From Owenia fusiformis (taxonomy: Eukaryota): DNA of 64,000 bases. Under the pieces are notes generated by a model, which saw nothing but the letters and a program-made list of their open reading frames with translations, was not told where the DNA came from and searched no databases. The stretch spans positions 1,798,001-1,862,000 of the forward strand of contig CAIIXF020000001.1 of the NCBI GenBank assembly GCA_903813345.2. The letters run 5' to 3'. Within the stretch, counting starts at the first letter, position 1. The number at the start of each line of letters is the position of its first letter. The translations under genes were made by a program, and so were the position numbers. Shown piece after piece: positions 1 through 11,048 of the stretch.

Positions 1-3000
1 AAATTGTATGTATCTATTTTCCAGTAATTTCTTAATTTCTCTTGGTTTTAAGTTTAAATAGTTTGGTGAAGTACCATTGTAAATATATTTAAGTACATCA
101 TTGATGTGCGTGAGCCATGATTGTTTATTCATATCTGTCAGTTGTTTATTTACCTCAAGGGCTTCACGTAGAAGCGAGTCGGTTCCTTTATTGTTAATAT
201 GATTAAGATATTTCATTTGTTGATAAAACAAAGAAATAAATAGTGGAAACCTACCTAAATCGCCTCGTGTAGCGTCATTACTGGCCTTTCTGTTAACACC
301 GAGTATCGATTTCATAAATGATATATGAAGAGATTCAAATGTTATTCCATCATATCCCTTTTCTAATGCCCATTGTGGGTCTTTTTTAATTTTACTCGAG
401 TTTAAGATACCCGTACCCCATATATCAGATCCATAGAGGCATATGGGCTTTATGAGTTGATCAAATAGTTTTAAGCATAATGATGGTTTCATATTACCAT
501 TAGAAATTAGACTTAATAATTTAAATTTTGCCTTTTCAGCTTTGTCTTTGATATGCTGGGCTGCAGGTCTCATTGACCCACTTATGCTTAATTCCATTCC
601 CAGGTAAATGTATCGTGAAACAGATTCTATTTTGTAATTTCCTATAAAGAAGTGATTATCAATAAGTCTACCATTTTTATTCATTACCATAATTTTGGTT
701 TTATCAGTGTTGATATTTAAGTGCCATTCTTCACAGTATTTTTCTAATTTGTCCAATTTGGTTTGCATTTCATCTTTTGAGGATGCGATAATTACTAAGT
801 CATCAGCAAAAAGGAGGCTTCCAATTCGCTTATTATTTAATAATGGGTCTGTTTTGAGATCTAATGTTTTAATAATGTCATTTATATATATATTAAATAG
901 AAGAGGACTTAGGGGGTCCCCCTGTTTTATTCCCTTGTTACAGTCAAATTCATTGGTAAATAAACCCTCATTATCTAGTCTGACTCTTGCTTTTGAATGT
1001 GAATATATATGTTTTATCATTTTATAGAATAAACCGTTTACACCCGATTGCAAAAGTTTCAAAAATAATCCATCATGCCATACCGTATCGAAAGCTTTCC
1101 TCAAATCAACAAAACACATATATATATTCCCTTTTTCACTTAGTACGTATTTATCCACGAGGGTTCGTATTATGAACATGTGGTCAGTTGTTCGTGCTTT
1201 CTTTGTGAAACCGGCTTGATTTTCCGATATTATTTTTCTGTCATGTACAAAGGCGTAAAGTCTATTATACAAAATTATTGAAAATAATTTGCCAAAGCAA
1301 TCAGAAATAAAAATACCTCTGTAATTTCCAGGGTCTTTCGTCGTTCCTTTCTTAAATAACGTAACGATTGATGAAATATTCCATTTCTCAGGGAAAACTG
1401 TTTTGCTCAGTAATATGTTAAACATTTTACAGATAACATTATTTAAAACTGAGTATGACGCTTTAATCATTTCATAGCAAATGCCGTTAAAACCCGAACT
1501 CTTGTTGTTCTTTAATTGCTTAACTGCCTTGTTAACCTCGTTTTCTGTTATTCTGAAGCTAAGTTCGTCAAAATGATTGTCGTTTTCTATTGATTTAACA
1601 ATTTCGTTGACTTTTTTGTTGTTTTCGGTATTTTTATCCTTTTCAAATAATTTGGAAAAATGTTCATGCCATTTCTCTGGTGTTATATACGCGGACTTAT
1701 TGTTTCCGTCTTTTTGCCTTAGTTGCTCAAGTAGGGACCAATATTCTTTAGGGTCATTGTCATAAAGTTCTTCTAATTTATTTATCATATTAGTTTTAAA
1801 TTTCCTCTGTTTTATCTTACAGCATTTCCTATATTCCTTTAGCAACTTGAAGTAATTACCTCTAATCATATTATCATTTGGTGATTTTATTAGTTTTGCT
1901 CCAATTGACTTAACCTTTCTTTTCAGTATACTGCAATCATTATCAAACCATTTTTGAGATATCGAGCCCCCTTTCTTTTTACAGGGTAACTTTTTTCGTA
2001 GTGTTCTTTTTGCTGTGTTAATTATAATTTTTTCGAGCTTGTCAATACAATCATCAATATTATAGGTGTCGTTTAGCTCGTAATTGAGTTCATTTACATC
2101 ATTTCGTGTTTTGAAATTATTGGAGAGGTCCGTTTTAAATAGTACCTCGCGACGGGCGTCCCATTTATATTTGATTGGTTTCATTTTGATAGTATGCCCA
2201 TTGTTTTTAGTCCGATTGTTACCGTGGTCGTTTGGTATTCGTACTTGCATTAATAGAGAAATCTTGCAATGATCAGAGAGCACACAAAGGTTATCATGAA
2301 CCTTGAAGTACATAATATCTGGAAGCATATTTTCATGAATAATACAATAGTCAACTACACTGCTTCCATTCCATTTATGACAGGTGAATCTACCGGGCGA
2401 GTCCCCAAGTACTCTGCCATTTATAATTCGTAAATTAGATGACCTGCATAGGTCTAGTAGCTTCTTACCCGAAGCATCAACAACTGAATCCATGCTGGAA
2501 CGTTCATTGATGGTGACATCATTGGGACAAAGTAGAATGTTTGGGATATGATCATCATAACCGTGATTATTTTCAAAATCGCGTACTTCACCTGTTCTTG
2601 AATTAAGATCTCCCATAATCATAACATCACCTATATTAGAATATTTATTTATTTCTTTTGTCAAAATCTCGTATGGGTCATCCCCTGAGTTGAATTTACC
2701 TTTTGGGTTATAGTTTGCAGGTGAAAAATACGTTATACATAAGTACATGTCATTACTTGTATTAAAGAACTTTTTTGAAAGTTTAACCCACAGGATATCT
2801 GGTGTCTTCGTTTTGATTATTGTCGTTCCTGCTATATATGTATTTCTTATAAGTACAGCTAATCCGCCATGACGTTTCCTGCCAGATTTAGCTCTATTTA
2901 CCGAAAATGATGTGAAGCCCTTAACTCTATCAAAACATATCGGGTCTTTTTCATCACCATGTGTTTCGGTTAGACAGACTATATCATGTGTTATTAATTC

Positions 3001-3111
3001 TTTGATAAAATCATTATCGTGCAATTTGTTCCTTACTTTGCTTTCAATTCCCTGAACGTTCCAGCAAGCGATATTTAAATGTGTGGTAATGGTCGTATTT
3101 TTATATATCAT
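1..3111 (-). CDS. LINE ORF2: apurinic-type endonuclease plus reverse transcriptase (3'-partial)
   Basis: Manual translation from ATG 3111: MIYKNTTITTHLNIACWNVQGI...DIVCLTETH (endonuclease), NYRGIFISDCFGKLF, QAGF, CFVDLRKAFDTVWH, KQGDPLSPLLFNIYIND, LLFADDLV (RT), IKPICLYGSDIWG. The same frame is open at position 1 (KLLENRYIQF), which explains its absence from the ORF track. Confidence 0.95.
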   Translation of the reverse strand, partial: MIYKNTTITTHLNIACWNVQGIESKVRNKLHDNDFIKELITHDIVCLTETHGDEKDPICFDRVKGFTSFSVNRAKSGRKRHGGLAVLIRNTYIAGTTIIKTKTPDILWVKLSKKFFNTSNDMYLCITYFSPANYNPKGKFNSGDDPYEILTKEINKYSNIGDVMIMGDLNSRTGEVRDFENNHGYDDHIPNILLCPNDVTINERSSMDSVVDASGKKLLDLCRSSNLRIINGRVLGDSPGRFTCHKWNGSSVVDYCIIHENMLPDIMYFKVHDNLCVLSDHCKISLLMQVRIPNDHGNNRTKNNGHTIKMKPIKYKWDARREVLFKTDLSNNFKTRNDVNELNYELNDTYNIDDCIDKLEKIIINTAKRTLRKKLPCKKKGGSISQKWFDNDCSILKRKVKSIGAKLIKSPNDNMIRGNYFKLLKEYRKCCKIKQRKFKTNMINKLEELYDNDPKEYWSLLEQLRQKDGNNKSAYITPEKWHEHFSKLFEKDKNTENNKKVNEIVKSIENDNHFDELSFRITENEVNKAVKQLKNNKSSGFNGICYEMIKASYSVLNNVICKMFNILLSKTVFPEKWNISSIVTLFKKGTTKDPGNYRGIFISDCFGKLFSIILYNRLYAFVHDRKIISENQAGFTKKARTTDHMFIIRTLVDKYVLSEKGNIYMCFVDLRKAFDTVWHDGLFLKLLQSGVNGLFYKMIKHIYSHSKARVRLDNEGLFTNEFDCNKGIKQGDPLSPLLFNIYINDIIKTLDLKTDPLLNNKRIGSLLFADDLVIIASSKDEMQTKLDKLEKYCEEWHLNINTDKTKIMVMNKNGRLIDNHFFIGNYKIESVSRYIYLGMELSISGSMRPAAQHIKDKAEKAKFKLLSLISNGNMKPSLCLKLFDQLIKPICLYGSDIWGTGILNSSKIKKDPQWALEKGYDGITFESLHISFMKSILGVNRKASNDATRGDLGRFPLFISLFYQQMKYLNHINNKGTDSLLREALEVNKQLTDMNKQSWLTHINDVLKYIYNGTSPNYLNLKPREIKKLLENRYIQF

Positions 3112-3294
3112 TATAATACGTAAATATGTTAATTAACATTCAACATCTTACATCTTACATCCCGACATACTGAAAATATAATGTAATGATTGCATATAGT
3201 GTACTTCTGCTGATAACGTCTTAAATGCGTAGAAGTATTATACATTCTTACTTGAATTTATAATATAATTAAACGTCTTATATAACTTATTTAG

Positions 3295-3820
3295 TCGCTG
3301 ATCCGTCTAAATTATACAGTCATTTTATCTGACTGAAGTGTCTTTGAAACTGTGACCTACATGTATATCCTGGCTTTAAACCATATCTGGAGTATATTGA
3401 TAACATATCGAATACATATCGGAAACTACTACTACATTATACTACAATACAATATAGTACAACACAATACAATACTACATTATACTACAATACAATACAA
3501 TAATATCGCTGGTCTTGAGTGAGTAGAAGTTAACAATCCGTTTATGGTCGTAAATTCGCTGACCAGTCTAGAGTACCAACAGTTCCTTTATCGATAGTAT
3601 CTTTGATACTATGCCCTACATGTATGTCTTGACTTAAAACCGTAAACGGAATGAATGAGTAAAATTCTTGATTACATTCTTAGTTACCATAGTTTTACAA
3701 AATAGTGAAACATCTTAACTAAATAACGTTTAATTCGTCTAGTGTAGTCACTGATGATCAGTTTAGATTACCATCAGGCCCCGAATCTAGTATCTTTGAT
3801 ACTGTTGCCTATATCTTGGC
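3295..3820. repeat. Three degenerate repeat units plus a (TACAA)n-like tract in the LINE inter-ORF spacer
   Basis: The motif pair tcgctga..gtcta.a.ta / tctttga.act..cctacat recurs at about 3295-3385, 3556-3645 and 3749-3820. A TACAA/ACTAC microsatellite lies at about 3424-3502. Confidence 0.6.
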
Positions 3821-5901
3821 CGAGATCCATAAAAGTTATTGTTACTGGTCATGTTATTGTTGTTACGATGTGCTGGTTGGGAGAGATTACAGAACTTTCT
3901 AACCGTGCGAAGTATATTCCCGCAGAGCACTCTAGTTCCTTGTTCGTTAATATGTACGTTATCTCTGTAGAGATGGGGTTTCGGTTGGCCATTCAGTCCT
4001 AGATTGTCATTGGGGCAGCATGTGACGTTGTCGTTATCGTGGAATACTACTTCCAATTGGCTAGCTATAGATTTCTGACGGAGGTTCCATTTTGGGTTGT
4101 CTTTTCTCGGTGGTGGTAAGGACACTATAATCTTCGAGTTCGGAGCCTTTGTTTCGTTGAGTTTGACCAGTTCCTCCATCGATTTGATGATCCTTTCATC
4201 TGATTGTACTGATTTGACATCATTACTTAACACCTGGAACACTGTTATGTCTGGTTTTGAAGTTGAACCATTTACGTAATCTTTAGCCTGTTGAATTGTA
4301 TAGGCCTGTTCAACTGACACGTTAAGTCCGCTCATCCTCTTGCCATCCACATGGGACAAAATGCTTGATCCGATTAGTTTAACAGTTGGTTCCTTCTCGC
4401 TATTCTCATCGTTTGTTATTTCTATTAGATTGTTAGATTTCCTGGTTACCACTGTGTAAGGCGTGTCGTCTTTCTTCTCGTGTGCTAATTTTTTGCACTG
4501 GAGTTTGAGTTCAAAATTTTCCTCTTCCTTATCTTCTAAATACTGGTTTTTATTTTTTATTCTTTGTTGTAGCTCTTCCATTTCATTGTTATTTGATCTG
4601 ATAACTGAATCCTGTTTCTCCACCTTCTTCCTCAGTGTGTTAAGATCGTGAAGTTCATCATCTTGTTTGGATATAACTTGCATCTTTGATTGAATCTTTT
4701 CATTTAGTTCTTCGATTTCTCTGTTTTTTGAACTTATAATTGTTTGTTGGTGATCAATTTCACTTTGATACGCCTTAATTTTTCTGGCTTGGTCTGTAAC
4801 AAAATCAGCTTGTTCTTTTCTTATCTTTCTTACTCTGCGTAATTCTGTATCATGCTCGCAAGTCGATTCTTCTCCTGAGCATCGCGTTTCTTTCTGTGAT
4901 ACGTTGTTCACACTCACTTTGTCTATTAGATCGCAAACTGTATTTTCTAATTTTTCCATCTTTCTAGTTATTTTTGACAGTTCTTGCTGAAGGATGCTGG
5001 TCTCACAACTCTTTGTATTATTGGATTCGGTTTCAGACACGTTATCTGTTGAAGTTACTTTTGTTTTTTTGTCGCCATCCTTATTTTTTACAGTTAGAGT
5101 CTCGTTATTTACAATTGGAGTCTCGTTATTTTTTACAGTTGGAGTCTCGTTATTTACAATTGGAGTCTCGTTATTTACAGTTGGAGTCTCGTTATTTACA
5201 GCTGGATTTTCGTTATCGTGATTATTGTGGTTCATGATGTTATTTTCGTGAACGTTGTTATCTTCCAAATCCTCTATCTCGTTCTCGTCCTGTGCATTTT
5301 CATGGTCTGGTTGAGTACATCTTAGTTTTACATTTGTGACCTCGTTGTCGTGATAATCATTGTTTATGGTATCATTTTCTGTGCTTTTTATCTCATGATC
5401 GTTAATATCGGTTGTAGATGTTATGCTCTTTATCTGTGTATTTGACTGATCTTGAGTATTGTCCTTTTTTTCTGTGTTTGATTGCTTGATCTGATAAGTA
5501 GTGCTTTTCAAGATTGGAAACACCTGGGATTTGAATTCAGTGATGTTATTTCCTTGTATTTGAATGGTTCCAGTTGTTAAGAAAACTGTTACTTTATACT
5601 CTGATGCTTCTACACTGATCTTCTTGAGATCCTCACAGATTTCCATTTGTTTGTTGTTATAGTCTTCATAATATAGGTGTAATGTTATTATCCAGTTTAA
5701 CAACCCATCTTGATTCGTTCTGAACACACAGTATGTATCTGAGCTGCAATGTTCATTGAGAGAGTCCAGCGTTGCTAATTTAGATTTAGATCCGGTTGCT
5801 TTCTTTAGTTTACTCGGAACGTGCTTCCTGTAATGACTACCAATGGTTTGAATACGTTTCACAACTTCCTTGTTGGACATAAAGACTTTAAAATCAGACA
5901 T
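3787..5901 (-). CDS. LINE ORF1 protein (704 aa): coiled coil plus C-terminal SGNH/GDSL esterase-like domain
   Basis: Long heptad-rich E/K/Q region, then VKLIGSSIL (block I-like), FQVLSND (block III-like) and DNVHIN (DxxH). It lies directly upstream of ORF2. Confidence 0.88.
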   Translation of the reverse strand: MSDFKVFMSNKEVVKRIQTIGSHYRKHVPSKLKKATGSKSKLATLDSLNEHCSSDTYCVFRTNQDGLLNWIITLHLYYEDYNNKQMEICEDLKKISVEASEYKVTVFLTTGTIQIQGNNITEFKSQVFPILKSTTYQIKQSNTEKKDNTQDQSNTQIKSITSTTDINDHEIKSTENDTINNDYHDNEVTNVKLRCTQPDHENAQDENEIEDLEDNNVHENNIMNHNNHDNENPAVNNETPTVNNETPIVNNETPTVKNNETPIVNNETLTVKNKDGDKKTKVTSTDNVSETESNNTKSCETSILQQELSKITRKMEKLENTVCDLIDKVSVNNVSQKETRCSGEESTCEHDTELRRVRKIRKEQADFVTDQARKIKAYQSEIDHQQTIISSKNREIEELNEKIQSKMQVISKQDDELHDLNTLRKKVEKQDSVIRSNNNEMEELQQRIKNKNQYLEDKEEENFELKLQCKKLAHEKKDDTPYTVVTRKSNNLIEITNDENSEKEPTVKLIGSSILSHVDGKRMSGLNVSVEQAYTIQQAKDYVNGSTSKPDITVFQVLSNDVKSVQSDERIIKSMEELVKLNETKAPNSKIIVSLPPPRKDNPKWNLRQKSIASQLEVVFHDNDNVTCCPNDNLGLNGQPKPHLYRDNVHINEQGTRVLCGNILRTVRKFCNLSQPAHRNNNNMTSNNNFYGSRPRYRQQYQRY
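5087..5200 (-). repeat. Coding minisatellite, about 5 x 21-24 bp, encoding NNETP(T/I)V
   Basis: The unit tttacagttggagtctcgtta repeats in frame within ORF1. Confidence 0.9.
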
Positions 5902-6748
5902 CGTAGCTACCCGGTTATTTCACTAAATATGATTACTGAACGTTACACTGTATGAAACGAATTTTACACTGCACGAAACGTTGTCTTTTTAACGTAGTCA
6001 AATAGCAACGTTTTTAGAGTTAGTATATGGGGTCTATCGACCGCAGTCGCCGATAATACAATTAAAATGTCAAAACGTGATATAAACTGTTGTCGTAACC
6101 TGTTTTAGCGTTTTGTTCTTCATACAATCCTTGCGTTAAGGTAAGTAAATCCTTTGTACACTCCAATATGTCGGGATATACGATATTTGAGTATTAATTT
6201 GGAGAGCGCATTTTTAGTCTGCTTTCAATAAGACATATTTAACTCCCTTCAATAAGCATAGTCAAGCTTGTTTACCCAGAGAAATACCAATTACCAAGGT
6301 AACAGTAGCCACTGACCAATGTCCCCACCAGATTACTAATGTGGATCGAATAACATGGGAGATAAACATACTAGTAGGAAAGTGTTTATCTAAACTTTAA
6401 TTTTTATTTGTATAAACTAAAACAGTCACATTTCCAAAGAAAACTGAACTTGAACAATTTTCAAAACCACATTTCTAGATGAAAATTTATATGTAGATTT
6501 CAATGTACTTTGATTAAATATTGAAGATGAAATGACAAAAATCAAAATAATTTCTACATTCAGAAAATACTATTCAATGCCTATAACAAGAGAGCAGTGT
6601 TTTGGAGGATTTGTTAAAATCTTTATATTACGTATAATCATCTAGTACTGGCACTTTATGTCTTAAAATTCCAGCATATTAAATGATGTGCCAATATTTT
6701 TCATTAACAAATCAGAAAAAACAAGATACATGTGACAGTGATAATATA

Positions 6749-8293
6749 CAGGGTGGGCCAAAAAAAACCACCCCCCTAGCCAATATTTCTGATAAATATT
6801 CAATTTTTAACATGCACACCAACAATGATATATCATTTTAAAGACAATTTAATTTGAAACAAAATGATATATAATAGAACAGTTTTCAACAACTCTGGCT
6901 CGAGATATAACCATTTATGTGACATGGGGGTCAAAAAACACCTTTTCAATTTTCGTTTATTTTGCGAACAATTGCCTATTTCTACCAAATTCTAGTAAAT
7001 TACAACATTGTCATGAGTCTTTCATAATTGGATATTATATATTGTTTTCATTCAGTTTTGGAACCTTGCATGCTCAATATACATGTGTATGCTTATAAAA
7101 CTAATTCATTTCTTATTCAGTATGTCCGAATATGGCTCAAAAGACTCACCCCCGGACCCAAATTCTGATTTGATTTCTCGCTTAAAACGCGAAAGCCATT
7201 GGTATAATTGATGGACCTCTGCAGAAGTACCATCCAACACCTAATAATTCATTCTTTCTGTTTGTCTACACCCCTAATGGGCTAGGGATCTCCATATGCC
7301 AACTGTTCTAAATGCCCCAAGTACTATTCATGTAATCAAAAGGCTATACTCTATATCAGTAAGCAAGAATAGTGACATTTGCGATAAAAGGCTACTCAAA
7401 TCGAGATGACATTTTTCTGAAAGGTAGGTGGTGTCCACTCGGTGTTTCCCAAAAAGGAAAGACCGTACAGGCCCTGTTTTTTGAACCAGGAGCAAAAATA
7501 TACTCTGAATGTTAATGACATGAGGTGGTAAAAAAGGACTCCTCGAGAATATAAAAAACATGTGAAAGAAATTTCATTTTCTGATAGAACAGTGCTCCAT
7601 CACACAGGTCCAATGCTACCCTGGAGTTTTTGGAGATTCGAAATGTCACCATCTTTAGCCCAGAAAAATGGCTTATTGGCAGTCCAGTTGCCAATAATGT
7701 TGATTACCATACCTGGGGGCATCTAGAACAGTTGGTATTTAAATATACCCAGCCTATCAGGGATGTAGAGGAACTAAAAGAAAGAATAACTAGTAGTTGA
7801 ATGGTACTTCCGCATACATCCATCAATTATGCCATCAACCAATGGCTTCCGCGTCTTAAGCGAATAATCCAATCAGAGGATGGGTCCGGGGGGTGGGTCT
7901 ATTGAGCTATTTTTGGACAGACTGAAGAAGAAATGAATTAGTTTTATGAGCATACACATGTAAATTGAGCATGTGTGGTTCAAAAACTGAATGAAAACAA
8001 TATATAATATCCATTTATGAAAGACTCATGACAATGTTGTAATTTACTAAAATTTGGTAGAAATAGGCAATTGTTCGCAAAATCGACGAAAATTGAAAAG
8101 GTGTTTTTTGACCCCCATGTCACATAAATGGTCATATTTCTATATGGGGTTGTTGAAAATGGTGCTATTATATATCATTTTGTTGCAAATTAAATTATCT
8201 TTAATATGATATATCATTGTTGGTGTGATTGTTAAAAAATAAATATTTATCAGGAATATTGGCTAGGGGGGTGGTTTTTTTTGGCCCACCCTG
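6749..8293 (+). mobile_element. Defective Tc1/mariner element (DD37D/maT-like) with about 570-bp inverted arms
   Basis: TA|CAGGGTGGGCCAAAAAAAACCACCCCCCTAGCC ... GGCTAGGGGGGTGGTTTTTTTTGGCCCACCCTG|TA. Transposase remnant from 7561: FIF**NSAPSHR...KWLIGSPVANNVDYHTWGHLEQLV...EELKERI, with 37 residues between the degenerate second D and the third D. Confidence 0.9.
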
Positions 8294-8854
8294 TATATGG
8301 CAATTTGACAAGCAAATTGCTGTCTTGTTATATACTCAGTGTACCAAAAACCTTATTTTGGATTTTGATGACAAGAATTATGTGCCGCCGATCACACACA
8401 TCCAGCAGCACCAGAAAATGACAATATAGTTCTTCAGTGTGATAAAAAGGGCTTGTTTGGATACATCAGATATGGTTGAAATAAATAATCAATTCAGTTC
8501 CATATTTGCAATTCATGAATTTGCTACAGTAGCACCAAATGGCAAATTCTCATCAATCGTATCATAAGCCTATTCATATGTACTCTCTCCAAGATTAACT
8601 GACGGGAAACATTTTCACTGTGGCTCTACTTTTACCATGGGCTTAGCCAGGCGTGAGGCAGGCGAGGCAACTGCTTTATTAACATTTTACAGAAATATAT
8701 TTATTTGGACATTATGTAAACTAAAACTATGAAATTGAGTCCAAATGCAGTAATAATATACCACATTTAGCCAATATTTACATTTCCCTCACCTAATCCT
8801 AGTTATGCCTCAGAGAACTTAACACTATACACCTTCTAATGATAACACAAAAGT

Positions 8855-9046
8855 CAATTTTATGATTAAGATTTATTCAAACATGACTTTATACAGGAAA
8901 CCACAAAATGCACAGGTGCTGGTAGAAACTAGAAAACAGAGTCTATTACATGTATTAGAGTCTATTCTATAGTCTTCCATTGTAAACTGTTTGTAGTTAT
9001 TATAAATATTCTGTAGTTCTGTTGAATTGACTGTGCTGTATGTCAC
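8855..9046 (-). other. COX6C: Predicted non-coding 3' terminal exon of COX6C
   Basis: Donor GTAAGT at 9384, acceptor TTTTTTCTTCCAG ending at 9047, AATAAA at 8877-8872. The 3' end is approximate. Confidence 0.6.
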
Positions 9047-9418
9047 CTGGAAGAAAAAATCAATCATGTAAAACATGTTCAAATATACATTTTTATTGGA
9101 GTCGAAAAGGATGACCTATTTTTCAAAAAGAAACACCCATTTATCACAGTATAATGAAGGTCTAGAATGATTGTGTGCAGTTTAAACATTTGGAAATTGA
9201 AATAAAAACCTATTTGAGCCTATTTACATAAACTGTATATTGAGAATCCACAATAGTGGTTCATAAAAGTAGGAAAAAAGCTTTATATTCAGGGTTTTTC
9301 TGCAACTTTTTTTGTACAGCGACTTTAAACAATCAAGGTATCAAGATTATAACACATTGCTTGCTATAAACCAACAATACTTACAAAAAAAGAAAAAATT
9401 GCCTAATGATGTTTCAAA

Positions 9419-10334
9419 CTACCAAGCTTCCGAGTTGATTTCGCCAGAGGGTAGCACAGATTGAAATACACCTGCCTCTACCATCCGTTGGTAATCCTTT
9501 TCCCAGTCATATGTGCTGAAATACAACGGGAAAATTAAATAAACAAGACACACTGTTGTGATGAATATCACACTTTGAAGAGAAAATTGTTAACATGTAA
9601 TTTAACCGACGTGGCCAAAACCTAATCAGATCTTGGCACTATTATTGCATCTTTAAAAATTTTAAGTGAACATTTAACAAGGGTGGTTTTCCTGGAAATT
9701 TTCATGACAAAACAACAAGAATACAACTCTTTCAAAGTGTGATAACAAACGAGACAGCATATCACAAAGCTCAACATTCACCCAGATGGTCAATGGTAGG
9801 ATAGGGGTTTTCACAATAGGCCTATATATCAGATTTCTGAATGTCTGCAAACTTCAAAATATCGCAGGAATAGCTTTAATGCTTACAATGATGAATTTGA
9901 TATCGAAATTGATGTCATTTATATTTTTGATTGAGAGTGAATGTTCTGGCAGTATTCACATTCTAGCAAAAATTCATCTAGTCTATCTAGCCACCAACCA
10001 GGATTTAACTGCACTTTCTTGTTTCTATTCATGGACAGTTTTTCTAATTTCTGCCTGATTGTTCAATGGGCATATATTGCAGTAGATAAACAGTCACATG
10101 CATAATTGCTGTGTTACTAAATTTATACTAACAATAACATATACTAAGAAAAACATACGTGGATACTTACGCATAGAATTCCCTGTAGCGTGCTTTCCTA
10201 GGTTGATACACACCAAACCAATAACCGAAAAACGCAACAGTTCCAGCAACAGCCCCAACAGCAAAGGATTTCTTAGCATGGGCCTTACACATGCCCCTCA
10301 ACTGAGGTTTGGCTAGTCTTGCTACAGCTGACAT
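9419..10334 (-). CDS. COX6C: Cytochrome c oxidase subunit 6C (86 aa; coding exons 10334-10171 and 9515-9419)
   Basis: Spliced product MSAVARLAKPQLRGMCKAHAKKSFAVGAVAGTVAFFGYWFGVYQPRKARYREFYATYDWEKDYQRMVEAGVFQSVLPSGEINSEAW*. It has the COX6C hallmarks KPxLRG, one transmembrane segment, RKxxYxxFY..YD and AGxFQSV. The intron is GT-AG, phase 2. Confidence 0.95.
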
Positions 10335-10814
10335 GTTTGCTCTGAAATAGATCAAAATTAATCATATTTGATTACATTGAATTATGTTTATTACAGTCAT
10401 GGCTTAAAGTCTTCAGGAATTTCAGGAGAAAATTGACCAAAATCTGACCCCATTGAGTTCAATACAAATCTGGATTTATTTCTAGGAGGAGTGGGGGGTC
10501 AAGCAAGAGTTTCAAAATTAAGGTCATATTTTTTTTCCTATGAAAATACTTTTTCCTCCAATTTGAAAGTATTTGTAAAAGGTCTACATTACTCAAAAAG
10601 CACTCAATCGAATCTCATTTTTCCAAAATTTCTTGGAGGGAGGACCTGCCAAAACCCACTGCTCATTTGGCCCACGTCTTTCGCCATTCAATTTTCAGGA
10701 AATTTGAAATTTGTTGCTTTAAGCCATGTACAGTATGCCAATGAAATGAATAGTCAAGGGACACAAAATGAAGAAACTGTAGTCATAATTTCATATTTTT
10801 TGTCATTCTACCTA

Positions 10815-10910
10815 CAGTAAAAACCGTCTAATCCGAACGCCATTGGGACCAGATTAGGAGGTGTTCACATTTCAAGATTTTTACATTCGCGATATTCCGG
10901 ATTCTGAAGA
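10815..10910 (+). mobile_element. pogo/Tigger-like MITE end fragment (related copies at about 34303-34385 and, inverted, about 21185-21215)
   Basis: TA|CAGTAAAAACCGTCTAATCCGAA matches TA|CAGTAAAATCTGTCTAATCGGAA at 34303 and the reverse complement TTCAGATTAGACAAGTTTTACTG|TA near 21200. Confidence 0.6.
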
Positions 10911-11048
10911 AATGTGACATTCTCGGAACATATTTATAGTTCATTTGACCACATAGCCAGAAGTAAATCATTTATCAGAATCAGACAAAACTTATACATT
11001 TTAAATTTTTACAACGATCGAGAGAAATACAAATGTTATTTTAGTTAA

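Larger units (their letters stand above)
1..6230 (-). mobile_element. Non-LTR retrotransposon (LINE; RTE-X/CR1-like, esterase-type ORF1), 5' end probably present, 3' end beyond window start
   Basis: Two tandem minus-strand ORFs (ORF1 5901-3787, ORF2 3111-<1) separated by a 675-nt spacer, with about 330 nt of putative 5' UTR. The 5' boundary is approximate and the clade assignment is inferred from domain layout. Confidence 0.9.

Noticed and set aside
695-5237. Short plus-strand ORFs over the LINE, and similar antisense ORFs over TGS1 and CIAO3
   Set aside because: They are antisense shadows of real coding sequence.
5902-6260. HDV-like ribozyme at the LINE 5' end
   Set aside because: No nested pseudoknot pairing is recognisable by eye. 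A covariance-model search would be needed.
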